DNA of 63,602 nucleotides from an uncultured Candidatus Saccharibacteria bacterium (GTDB taxonomy: Bacteria; Patescibacteriota; Doudnabacteria; UBA920), in contig CAZTXY010000004.1 in the NCBI GenBank assembly GCA_964617815.1, positions 1 through 63,602 of the forward strand, written 5' to 3'. Made by a program: the position numbers and the translations under genes. Under the pieces are notes generated by a model that saw only the letters and a list, made by a program, of their open reading frames with translations, did not search any database and was not told the origin of the DNA. Shown here one piece after another: positions 53,976 to 62,386 of this stretch. Positions within the stretch are counted from its first letter, which is position 1, and each line of letters begins with the position of its first letter.

Positions 53976-55109
53976 ATGGACACTTTATTCCTTGAACAAT
54001 TACTTTTGGAGTTAAAAACCCGCGGTGGGGGGATGGTTATTGGTGATAACGATCAATTTAAAGCAGTAGTTTTAAGTTTAGATAAGTATAATGAATTATT
54101 GCTTCAATCTGGTAAGGTTGTAGAGGATGTAATAACCAAAGTCAATAATCAAACTGTTTTGGTTACTGGGGGTGCTGGATATATTGGTAGTCATTGCACC
54201 AGACAACTTTTGGCAGCCGGTTATAAGGTCATTGTTTTAGACAACTTAAGCTCTGGAAAAAGAGAAAATATCCCTGCCGAGGCTATTTTTATTGAAGGAG
54301 ACTACGGAGATTTGGACCTATTGGCTGAACTTTTTAGCCGAGAAGCCGTATCTTCCGTAATTCATTTTGCCGCTAGCATTTTAGTGCAGGAATCTTTGCA
54401 AAATCCAAGTGAGTATTTTACCAATAATGTTCTAAAAACAACCCATCTTTTAGCTGCAATGGGTGAGTTTGGGATTAAACGGATTCTATTTTCATCAACA
54501 GCTGGGGTCTATGGCCCAAGTAATGAGGCCTTAACAGAGACAAGTAGCACTAACCCAATCAATCCCTATTCTGCTGGAAAATTGGCCGTGGAAGAACTGC
54601 TGAAATACCAAGCTTTGTGGTGCGGTTGGACTGTTACAGTCATGCGTTCCTTTAACGCCGCAGGAAGCGACCCAGAGGCCCTTATTCGGCCTACAGTGGC
54701 CGCTTCTATTACCTGGCGACTAATGGATGTGGCTTTGGGTAAAACGGATAAATTCGTGGTTTTTGGCCGAGACCAAGCAACTCGAGACGGGACTACAGTG
54801 CGAGACTATATTCATGTGCAAGACATTGCTAAAGCCTTTGCTTTGGCATTAGATTTGCCGCAGGAAAGACCTTTTGAAATTTACAACGTTGGTAGCGGAC
54901 AGGGGACAAGTATTACCCAGTTAATTGATGTGGCAATAGAAACTACAAATAGGATGATTCCAATTGAGTACGTTAACTCTGTACCCGGTGATATTCCTTT
55001 GTCTTTGGCTAATATAAATAAAATTCAAACTAAGCTGGGTTTTGAACCAAGCAATAGTACACTAGAAAACATTTTTAAAACCAGCTGGCACGCCGCCAAG
55101 CATCAGTAG
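53976..55109 (+). CDS. galE: UDP-glucose 4-epimerase with ~55-aa N-terminal extension
   Basis: VLVTGGAGYIGSH Rossmann motif and the SDR Y..K region. The extension has a Phd/YefM-like MVIGDNDQFKAVVLSLDKYNELL segment. Confidence 0.85.
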   Translation: MDTLFLEQLLLELKTRGGGMVIGDNDQFKAVVLSLDKYNELLLQSGKVVEDVITKVNNQTVLVTGGAGYIGSHCTRQLLAAGYKVIVLDNLSSGKRENIPAEAIFIEGDYGDLDLLAELFSREAVSSVIHFAASILVQESLQNPSEYFTNNVLKTTHLLAAMGEFGIKRILFSSTAGVYGPSNEALTETSSTNPINPYSAGKLAVEELLKYQALWCGWTVTVMRSFNAAGSDPEALIRPTVAASITWRLMDVALGKTDKFVVFGRDQATRDGTTVRDYIHVQDIAKAFALALDLPQERPFEIYNVGSGQGTSITQLIDVAIETTNRMIPIEYVNSVPGDIPLSLANINKIQTKLGFEPSNSTLENIFKTSWHAAKHQ

Positions 55110-55125
55110 CAAATTTTATCCAGAT

Positions 55126-55153
55126 TGTCATCCTGAACGGAGTGAAGGATCTC
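55126..55153. repeat. CTGTCAT-family arm
   Basis: tgtcatcctgaacggagtgaaggatctc. Confidence 0.85.
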
Positions 55154-55191
55154 AAATACTGACAGCGATTACACACGAGCAAAAAACTATA

Positions 55192-55228
55192 AAAGCCAAT
55201 CGGTCAATTTCTGACCCTTGGCTTTTTT
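55192..55228 (+). terminator. Terminator after galE
   Basis: aagccaa...ttggctt stem with an inner ggtca/tgacc stem, plus a T-run. Confidence 0.7.
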
Positions 55229-55254
55229 GTAAATATAAAATAAATTTTTTGAGT

Positions 55255-55329
55255 TGGTAGCGGTACGGGGAATCGAACCCCGATTACATGGATGAGAACC
55301 ATGCGTCCTAACCATTAGACGATACCGCC
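55255..55329 (-). tRNA. tRNA-Glu (anticodon CUC)
   Basis: 75-nt cloverleaf folded by hand from the reverse complement. Anticodon stem catgg/ccatg, loop TTCTCAT. CCA is encoded. Confidence 0.85.
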
Positions 55330-55506
55330 GTAAGTTGTCTAAATATTGGAAATCCTACTAATTTTAGCAGAAGTTGCTTAGTTGATAAAGAGGCATTTTT
55401 CAGCTGTTTATATTAATTTTCTGGGCACTAGCGACTGGGAACTAGCTACTCTTGTAGTCATGTATGCTATAATAAAAAGACAAGAGAGTTATTACTTGAC
55501 ATAGCT

Positions 55507-55626
55507 ATGTATAAATATATTCTATTAGTAGGGTTAGTTTTTTTAGCAGTGGGTTGCGAGAATGTTGAACTTAAGCGTGAAGTACCAACTTCACCTGTGG
55601 AATCATTCCAACCACTTCCGAAATAA
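55507..55626 (+). CDS. Possible 39-aa lipoprotein (below the track cutoff)
   Basis: MYKYILLVGLVFLAVGC, a lipobox-like LAVGC. Confidence 0.3.
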   Translation: MYKYILLVGLVFLAVGCENVELKREVPTSPVESFQPLPK

Positions 55627-55634
55627 GAACAAAA

Positions 55635-56030
55635 ATGGCCAACACACAACTTGTTGATTATATATTAAAAGCACGCGCTGCGCGCGCTACCGAAGATCAA
55701 ATTCGTCTAATTCTGTCCGACCGTGGCTGGAGCATTGGCGATGTAGATGACGCTTTTGCTATGGCCTCAAAAATGGGTAGCACTGGTGGTGGTAAAAGCT
55801 TTCCAATTAAGTACATCGCTTTTTCTCTAGCAGTTATTTTAATAGCCGCAGGCGGATACTTTGCCTATCAATTTTTGAGCAATCTTAAAGGAAAAGGTGT
55901 GGATGCAGACGCCAGTAAAATTAAAGTTGAATGCCTTCCAGATAAAGACTATGCTTATCCAGACAAGTGTGCCAGAGACAAGTATCAAAAAGAAGAACCA
56001 TCTAAACCAAACTCTCCTTCATTACGCTAA
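55635..56030 (+). CDS. Hypothetical single-TM protein (131 aa)
   Basis: ORF with background composition and a central TM helix. Confidence 0.45.
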   Translation: MANTQLVDYILKARAARATEDQIRLILSDRGWSIGDVDDAFAMASKMGSTGGGKSFPIKYIAFSLAVILIAAGGYFAYQFLSNLKGKGVDADASKIKVECLPDKDYAYPDKCARDKYQKEEPSKPNSPSLR

Positions 56031-56038
56031 ACCAAATT

Positions 56039-56626
56039 TTAAATTTCTGAAGCTGCGCTAGGATTTTCGTCCAGCGCAGTTTTGTTTTCATCGCTCAGCG
56101 CCGGAGTTTGGGGCAAGCTAATTTTACTAACTAAAGTTTCAAAATCTGGTAAGTCAGTCATGGAAGTTAAGCCAAGTTGCTGCATAAATTCTGTTGTGAC
56201 TTGGTAATAGTTACTGCGACCATCGTCTGGATTGGAAATTTTTTCAATTAATCCACGCATCAACAAATGACGGATGCTGTATTGTGAATTTACTCCCCGA
56301 ATTGCTTCAATTTCAGATTTAGCGATAGGTTGGCGGTAGGCAATGATTGCTAAAACTTCAACTGTGGCTTCGGTTAATTTTTCGCGAAGGTCAGCGTTTA
56401 AAAAGTTTTTAACCATTTCGCTATTTTCGCTATGGGTTGCTAATTGATACTGACCATTGGCCTCTAGTAACACAATTCCGTTGTCCTTAAGTGAGTTAAG
56501 TAGTTCTCCAAGCGCTGTGCGAATGTCGCCTTCGCCCGCACCGGTAGCTTTGGCAAGTTGATTAATAGAAAGGGGTTTGTTTGAGACAAACAGAATACTT
56601 TGCAGTTGGGATTGTAATTTGTTCAT
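56039..56626 (-). CDS. scpB: Segregation and condensation protein B
   Basis: Two wHTH halves, EVLAIIAYRQPIAKSEIEAIRGV motif. Confidence 0.85.
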   Translation of the reverse strand: MNKLQSQLQSILFVSNKPLSINQLAKATGAGEGDIRTALGELLNSLKDNGIVLLEANGQYQLATHSENSEMVKNFLNADLREKLTEATVEVLAIIAYRQPIAKSEIEAIRGVNSQYSIRHLLMRGLIEKISNPDDGRSNYYQVTTEFMQQLGLTSMTDLPDFETLVSKISLPQTPALSDENKTALDENPSAASEI

Positions 56627-56632
56627 AAAATA

Positions 56633-56866
56633 TTAATTACCGCTTATAATCATCCAAATACCAAAAGCGACTAAGATAAGTGTATAAAAAATAATTTGAG
56701 GTTTGCTGGTAAAGTTTGACTGAGTGTTTGGTCTTAAACTTTCCGGTTTGACTAGTTCAAGTTTAAGTAGGTAGCGCGCTACAAAGTTATAGTATGGTCG
56801 CCAAAGTAGCAGGCCATAAAGCGTCGCAAATGCTAGAAATAATATTCCGATAGAAAGTTTAGACAT
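56633..56866 (-). CDS. Small two-TM membrane protein inserted between scpA and scpB
   Basis: 77-aa ORF, hydrophobic at both ends. Confidence 0.4.
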   Translation of the reverse strand: MSKLSIGILFLAFATLYGLLLWRPYYNFVARYLLKLELVKPESLRPNTQSNFTSKPQIIFYTLILVAFGIWMIISGN

Positions 56867-56871
56867 ATAAA

Positions 56872-56902
56872 TAGTTTTTAGTACCTAGTAACTAGTCGCT
56901 AG
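56872..56902. repeat. Heptad array overlapping the scpA stop
   Basis: TAG at 56872, 56879, 56886, 56893 and 56900 on the plus strand. The CTAG units give stop codons on both strands. Confidence 0.85.
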
Positions 56903-57623
56903 TGACTTCTGTTTTATTGTATTGTTTAATGGTAATGTCAGTGAATAGTGTTTCCTGTTCCACCGTAAAGATTTTTTGTTTAATTAGTTCAAGTAAAGCC
57001 AAAAAAGTAATAATCATCTCAGGTTTATTCTTTGCACTTGCCATAATGTCACTAAGTTTGGTTTCAATCTGGTTACTTAACTGAGTTTGAAGTTGGTCAA
57101 TTTTTTCTTGAATAGAAATGGCTTCTCGAATTTTGGCTTTGGGTAAATTGTCTAGTTCCGCTAGGCCCTCAAGGACTCCCATTACTGAGTCGTGAAGCAT
57201 GCTGGCAGTTACAGTCCTGTCAGGGAGAAAACTAATGCGTTGGCTAAATACAAGTAGTCTGGTAAAACTTTGACTACCTCTAGCGTCCAACATTTTGAGG
57301 TGCTTTCCCGCTTCTTTAAACTGTTTGTAAAGCAGGAGACGTTCTGTTAAGTCCATGCCTACTTCCTCTTCCTCTTGTTGGATTTCCAAGGAAGGTAAGA
57401 TGGCTTTAGATTTTATGACAAGCAATTTGGCAGCGATGGACAGGTAATCTGCAAGCAGGGAAGCATCTACTTTCTCCAGTTGTTTTATATAAGTTAAAAA
57501 CTGCTCAGTGACATTGGCAAGAGCAATTTGGGTAATGTCTAACTTCTGCTCTTCAATTAACGAGAGCAGTAAGTCTAATGGTCCTTCAAACTGATGTTGT
57601 TGTAATTTTATGCTATGACTCAT
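56892..57623 (-). CDS. scpA: Segregation and condensation protein A
   Basis: FEGPLDLLLSLIEEQKLDITQIALANVTEQF kleisin N-terminal motif. Confidence 0.85.
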   Translation of the reverse strand: MSHSIKLQQHQFEGPLDLLLSLIEEQKLDITQIALANVTEQFLTYIKQLEKVDASLLADYLSIAAKLLVIKSKAILPSLEIQQEEEEVGMDLTERLLLYKQFKEAGKHLKMLDARGSQSFTRLLVFSQRISFLPDRTVTASMLHDSVMGVLEGLAELDNLPKAKIREAISIQEKIDQLQTQLSNQIETKLSDIMASAKNKPEMIITFLALLELIKQKIFTVEQETLFTDITIKQYNKTEVTSD

Positions 57624-57629
57624 TTTTGT

Positions 57630-57667
57630 TTCAGAGTTCTAAGTACCAAGTACTCAGTACTAAGTAC
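57630..57667. repeat. Heptad array, GTACTNN variant, between aspS stop and scpA start
   Basis: The minus strand reads gtactta gtactga gtacttg gtactta gaactct. Confidence 0.8.
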
Positions 57668-59438
57668 TCTTTTTCGGCAAATCCAGTTTAATGTGAAGTT
57701 CTTTTAATTGTTTTTCGTCAACACTACTTGGTGCATCCATCATGACGTCTTCGGCTGAACCATTTTTTGGAAAGGCAATAACTTCGCGGATGTTAGGTTC
57801 GTTTTCCAGAAGCATTAAGAGGCGGTCAATCCCAGGAGCAAAACCACCGTGTGGTGGCGCGCCATACTCAAAAGCGCGGATCATAGCTCCAAATTTTTCA
57901 TCCACAACTTCTTTGCTATAACCAACAATCTCAAAGGCTTTGTAGAGAATTTCTGGGTTGTAGTTTCGAATCGCACCACTAGAAAGTTCTAAGCCGTTGG
58001 CAATAATATCGTACTGGTCAGCCATGATTTCTAGAGGGTCCCCGGTTTCCAAAGCCTTCAGGCCACCTATAGGCATAGAGAATGGGTTGTGCATAAAGTC
58101 AATTTTTTTGGCCTTATCATCGTACTCATACATTGGGAAATCGGTAATCCAAGCCCATGCAACAATATCAGGATCCTTTAGTCCAAAGTCGTCTGCAAGC
58201 TGGTTTCGCAGTTTGCCAAGTACTTTGTTCACAACAGTTCGATCATCTGCGCCAAAGAAAATAACGTCACCTGTTTTAGCGCCAGTTTTTGTTACGATTA
58301 CGCTAATTTCTTGTTCAGATAGGAATTTTAAAATAGGGGACTTCATACCATCGTTGTCCAAAACAATATAAGCTAAACCACCCGCGCCTTCTTTTTTTAC
58401 AAATTCAGTTAAAGTGTCAATTTGGCTACGTGTAAGCTTACTACCATTTTCAAGACACAAAGCTTTCACCACACCCCCACCTTTGATTGCGTTGGCAAAC
58501 ACACTAAATTCGGTATTGGCTAAATCCGTTGTTAAGTCTACTAACTGCATATCAAAACGTAAGTCAGGACGGTCATTGCCATATTTTTCCATGGCCTCAA
58601 GGTAAGGAAGACGTGGAAAAGGGTTTTGCATCACTTTTTTACCAGCCCAGTCTTCGGTTAGCTTGATAAACAGTGGTTCCATTTCTTGAAAAACAATTTC
58701 ACTTTTGTCGGCAAATGCAATTTCTAAATCGAGTTGATAAAATTCACCAGGGCTTCGGTCGGCTCTTGGGTCTTCATCTCTAAAACATGGAGCAATTTGA
58801 AAATATTTTGGTACGCCAGCAACCATCAACAATTGCTTGAATTGCTGAGGGGCTTGAGGGAGGGCGTAAAATTTTCCCGGGTGCAGGCGAGAGGGAACAA
58901 GAAAATCGCGGGCACCTTCTGGAGAAGAGCTGGTTAAAATGGGTGTGTTAATTTCAATAAAGTCATGTTCGTCCATGTAGTCACGAATAAACTTTATCAT
59001 TTTGTGACGTTGCTTGAGCATCCTTTGCATCTTCTCTCGACGCAAATCTAAAAAGCGAAACTTCAAACGAAGCTCTTCGTTGATTGTTTCTTCTTGGTGC
59101 ATAATCTGGAATGGCAGGGGTTTGCTCGCGTTTAAAACTGTAAGTTTTTCAACTACAATTTCTATTGTACCAGTTTCAATGTTTTGGTTTACTAAATCTG
59201 GCGCTCGTTCGGTAACAGTACCAGTAGCTGTAATAACAAATTCGTCTCGAATTTTCTGCGCAACTTCAAAAACATCCTTGTTTTCTGGATGAATGGTAAG
59301 TTGGACAATGCCGGTGTGGTCGCGAAGGTCAATAAAAATAAGTCCGCCGTGGTCGCGAGTAGACGCGCTCCAGCCCGACAGCGTGACTTCTTCTCCAATT
59401 TTTCCTAAAGTTTCAGTAGCGAGTGTTCGAGTTTCCAT
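57660..59438 (-). CDS. aspS: Aspartyl-tRNA synthetase
   Basis: [13 protein letters not shown] (OB), [10 protein letters not shown] (motif 2) and [10 protein letters not shown] (motif 3). The start is moved to METRT, because the track N-terminus enters a repeat. Confidence 0.9.
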   Translation of the reverse strand: METRTLATETLGKIGEEVTLSGWSASTRDHGGLIFIDLRDHTGIVQLTIHPENKDVFEVAQKIRDEFVITATGTVTERAPDLVNQNIETGTIEIVVEKLTVLNASKPLPFQIMHQEETINEELRLKFRFLDLRREKMQRMLKQRHKMIKFIRDYMDEHDFIEINTPILTSSSPEGARDFLVPSRLHPGKFYALPQAPQQFKQLLMVAGVPKYFQIAPCFRDEDPRADRSPGEFYQLDLEIAFADKSEIVFQEMEPLFIKLTEDWAGKKVMQNPFPRLPYLEAMEKYGNDRPDLRFDMQLVDLTTDLANTEFSVFANAIKGGGVVKALCLENGSKLTRSQIDTLTEFVKKEGAGGLAYIVLDNDGMKSPILKFLSEQEISVIVTKTGAKTGDVIFFGADDRTVVNKVLGKLRNQLADDFGLKDPDIVAWAWITDFPMYEYDDKAKKIDFMHNPFSMPIGGLKALETGDPLEIMADQYDIIANGLELSSGAIRNYNPEILYKAFEIVGYSKEVVDEKFGAMIRAFEYGAPPHGGFAPGIDRLLMLLENEPNIREVIAFPKNGSAEDVMMDAPSSVDEKQLKELHIKLDLPKKST

Positions 59439-59473
59439 GATTTCTGTGTTTCTGTCATCCCGCACATCTTGTG

Positions 59474-59535
59474 CTGTCATCCTGAACGCAGTGAAGGATC
59501 TCTGCAGAGATTCCTCGACAAGCTCGGAATGACAG
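59474..59535. repeat. CTGTCAT-family element, complete
   Basis: ctgtcatcctgaacgcagtgaaggatctc tgca gagattcctcgacaagctcggaatgacag. Confidence 0.9.
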
Positions 59536-59610
59536 TGAGAAGTAAGGACGAGAGTAAAAGATACGTTAAATACTGTAAAATTATAGCAAAATAAGCCAAT
59601 TTAGACAAAT

Positions 59611-59654
59611 GAAAAAGGGATCGTGAGCATACAGCGGTATGACACTAATCCCTT
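59611..59654 (-). terminator. Terminator at the left end of island F unit 3
   Basis: aagggat...atccctt stem with an inner catac/gtatg stem, followed on the minus strand by TTTTT. Confidence 0.6.
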
Positions 59655-60979
59655 TATCGGTTTGGCCCGTTTTGATATAGGCCTTAACAATTGTCCTCTA
59701 TTTGGTTGTTGTCGGCGGGCTGTGCCCGCCGACTGCCCAATCGTGGGCTGCTGACCATCGATCGACCGCCACAGATTGCTCCGTGGACATGTCTGCGAAG
59801 GTCTCGTTCACCTTCTGTATGCGTGGATTCGGGCCACACGCCCATCCCGGCTATTCATTTGTCCCGCGTGCCCTGGCACTCATGGCCAGGGGCTTTCAAG
59901 ACGTACCGGTTTAGGTCCGGCAACCATCGTGTCAGTCAGTCGAAGGTTCTTGGCAAATGGCCTACCGGCTTAGAGGGCCGGAGCTAAATGCCGTGACGAT
60001 TTTAACATGTCGACCTCCTGCCATCTCTGGTTGGAGTTTGCCCGAGGCGACGGAGCGGGGAACATAGCCCCACCCCGCGCCTGAGGCATGCCCGTTTCCG
60101 GGCCAATGGTGGCCTTCGTCGGATCCAATGGGCCACCGGTCGCGCGTCGGATAACTACAAGGGAGCCGACGCACTCCTCACGCCCTGCCGCCTTTACTAC
60201 TCGCCGGGCGACAGTCATTCCGGCCACAGCCTGCCAATTGCAAACTCCCCTCGAGAATGCTTTTGGCAGACTGCAACGCGCCGGATTCGCAAAAAAAGTA
60301 CTACTTACTAACACTAACCTTGATAACGCTCGTTATCACCACGAGCGGGATGGCGATTATCCGTTCGCTTCGGGTTCTTTCGGCCGTCTGCCCAATGTGT
60401 GGGCTTGGCGAGGCTAGAAATCGAGCTCACTTCTGTCGGTCTGTGACCTGTCGAGTGATGCTAGATCTAGCGGTTTCGCCTTTTCCTTTGCGGCCTAGAG
60501 GTTTGTGGCTTTCGCCTTCGTCGTTGTGCCGCCAGAGACTGAAATCAATGGCGGATGAGCAGAGGCATCTGCCTCATTTCTACCTCCATTTCCGTCAGTA
60601 GGGGGGACCGACACACCAACCCTCCTTGAGGGGTTGTTTGTTGGTGTGCTCCCGAGTGGGCAAGCGCACTGGTAATGGTTGCTCCGTTCTCTGGAGACAT
60701 TGACCAGTGCAGGCGGTAGCCGCCCCAGCATTGCTAGGGTGGCGTTCCCGAAACGGGATTCGCCATGATATCACCTCGCCCGTATCGCTGGGCCAGCGCG
60801 GTGAGCCGTCATCGATCGCTCGAAGTGGATGGGGATGTTGTCATCCCGCCGGCGCGACAGTCTGTCGCGTCGAATCCGTCTTCTTAGCGGTGCGAGAACG
60901 CGCTCGCCAGAGAGGCAATTCATGCACTCAGCAACGGCTGAGCGCTCTTCGTCGCGGTCGCCGACCCGATGCCGTGGGT

Positions 60980-61084
60980 CTAGCGGCCGACGCGCATGCC
61001 GACGCAGCTGCCGTCGTCGATCGTGACGAGGCGATTTTCTTTCAACATGTTGAGGGGCGTTGCCGCCCGGTACTGGTTCTTCAT
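60980..61084 (-). CDS. Mini-ORF, 34 aa, first cistron of unit 3
   Basis: GGAGG-caac-ATG. Peptide MKNQYRAATPLNMLKENRLVTIDDGSCVGMRVGR. A perfect 16-nt palindrome (cctcgcctaggcgagg) lies just upstream. Confidence 0.25.
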   Translation of the reverse strand: MKNQYRAATPLNMLKENRLVTIDDGSCVGMRVGR

Positions 61085-61323
61085 GTTGCCTCCGCATCCT
61101 CGCCTAGGCGAGGAAATCGAGGTTCGCGTCAGGACTTTGCCTGACCGCGAAACACACTGAGAAAAAAGAACGAACTTGCTATCGGTGTTGTCGCACTACG
61201 AATCAAAAAGGCAAAACCTCTTTAATCGTCGTAGTATACGAGGCAACAAAAAAGTAATTAGTGAAAGTAGCTTTCTTGAAACTAATTATTTTTTTACTGC
61301 CCCTATACAAAACATAATTTCAT

Positions 61324-61352
61324 ATATTAGCAAATATTATAGCTTTTGTCAA
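61324..61352 (-). promoter_or_regulatory. Promoter TTGACA-N17-TAATAT (unit 3)
   Basis: -35 at 61347-61352 and -10 at 61324-61329, read on the minus strand. It lies in the AT-rich spacer inside the island. Confidence 0.65.
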
Positions 61353-61399
61353 GTACCATTCTAAAATGCTGAAAATGCTTATTTATAAGGTAAAAGGAA

Positions 61400-61421
61400 G
61401 GCCGACACAGTTGCGTCGGCC
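61400..61421 (-). terminator. Terminator of unit 2
   Basis: ggccgac-acagttgc-gtcggcc stem, followed on the minus strand by TTCCTTTTA. Confidence 0.6.
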
Positions 61422-61715
61422 TCTGAAACAGGGTCCACCGAATCGGTGCGAAGCTCATCGAACGAACGTGCTAACGAACGGCCGTCGATGGTTTGATGTT
61501 GGTGGAGCCCAAAGTGATAATCCCTCCGAGGAATTGTGTGGTTCCGGGTTACGGAACCTGAGTGGTGAAGTGGCACAGGGCTTGAGCTAAGAGAGTTAGC
61601 CCTAGGCGCCTATAGTGGCCCAGATGCGGGAGTCCGCAGATCCAGGCCCGTGGTTCGCCGCGTCGCAAATCCGGGGCAACTCAAGTTCCGAAAATGCAAC
61701 CGACGAATGTCGAGA
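61422..61715 (-). ncRNA. Candidate structured 3' region of unit 2
   Basis: ~290 nt of GC-rich sequence between the 68-aa ORF stop and the terminator. Hairpins include agggct...agccct and ggttccg-taac-ccggaacc. No plausible ORF. Confidence 0.3.
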
Positions 61716-61922
61716 TTACAGCAGCCGAAGCGGCCGCTTGTCGACGCTATCGCTCCCAAGAACATCTTGGATGAAGCTCCAGCGCCCCTCACGTCGGCCC
61801 CCGAACTTGGGTGGAACTCGATTCACACCTTTTTCGGTGGTTCCAGGCCTGTCTTGGCCTGGATGAGTGTCGTCCGATGCCGGGACTTCAGTGTCCGGCG
61901 CAGTTGCAGTCGCATTGCTCAT
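61716..61922 (-). CDS. ORFan, 68 aa, disordered-looking (unit 2)
   Basis: TTGACA-N17-TAGTAT promoter, with AAGGAG 7 nt before the ATG. Peptide MSNATATAPDTEVPASDDTHPGQDRPG...RWSFIQDVLG. Confidence 0.4.
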   Translation of the reverse strand: MSNATATAPDTEVPASDDTHPGQDRPGTTEKGVNRVPPKFGGRREGRWSFIQDVLGSDSVDKRPLRLL

Positions 61923-61948
61923 CTGCGTTCTCCTTTGTGACTTTCAAC

Positions 61949-61977
61949 ATACTACAGCTTTTGTTATGTTTTGTCAA
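61949..61977 (-). promoter_or_regulatory. Promoter TTGACA-N17-TAGTAT (unit 2)
   Basis: -35 at 61972-61977 and -10 at 61949-61954, read on the minus strand. Confidence 0.65.
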
Positions 61978-61986
61978 CGTAACGGG

Positions 61987-62023
61987 AGACCCCCAACGGA
62001 GGGGAATCTTCCGTTGGGGGTCT
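61987..62023. other. 13-bp perfect hairpin between unit 1 terminator and unit 2 promoter
   Basis: agacccccaacgg-aggggaatctt-ccgttgggggtct. Confidence 0.7.
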
Positions 62024-62033
62024 TGGGAATGCG

Positions 62034-62087
62034 AGAAAAAAAGCAGCGCTGAGTCACTCACCGGTAAAGGTGACGTGACTCAGCGCT
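62034..62087 (-). terminator. Strong terminator of unit 1 (13 plus 5 bp stem, T-run)
   Basis: agcgctgagtcac(tcacc...ggtga)gtgactcagcgct, preceded on the plus strand by an A-run. Confidence 0.85.
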
Positions 62088-62380
62088 TAAATGCAGGGCA
62101 GTTTAGAGTTGGGCGACTCAGGTTAGCCCTGGTTGGCGTTTAGGAGGCCCAAACGCCAAACAAAATTCCTCCAGTCATGAAATGTTAAACCCTTCGACCG
62201 TGCCACCGTACGCATGATCGAGGCCTTCGCGGGGTTCACCGCAAGCCCATCCTGGGCTCGCAGAGTTGCTTTCTTGGTTTTGGATATTTGTTGGTGTTAA
62301 TATCCTGCCTTCAGGCGGATCTTCTTTAACCATCTTAGTTGCAGTATCTGGCAATGTTTTTCTCCTTCTTGTATTCAAGT
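62088..62380 (-). ncRNA. Candidate ~300-nt transcript (unit 1), coding status unclear
   Basis: It lies between the promoter at 62387-62415 and the terminator. Internal 9-bp hairpin ttggcgttt/aaacgccaa (62132-62158). The only ORF (track 62175..62378) lacks an RBS and looks non-protein-like. Confidence 0.3.
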
Positions 62381-62386
62381 CGAGTC

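Larger units (their letters stand above)
59611..61317 (-). ncRNA. Candidate ~1.7-kb GC-rich structured transcript (island F unit 3)
   Basis: It runs from the promoter at 61324-61352 to the terminator at 59611-59654. No protein-like ORF occurs in any frame. Many perfect 8-13-bp GC helices. Not matched to any RNA family I can recognise. Confidence 0.4.

Noticed and set aside
59691-61144. Track ORFs of 60-145 aa inside island F (e.g. 59691..59987, 59970..60314, 60707..61144, 60771..61097)
   Set aside because: The translations are Arg/Pro/Ser/Gly-rich and not protein-like. The ORFs overlap each other on both strands, lack RBSs, and have lengths expected by chance in GC-rich DNA.
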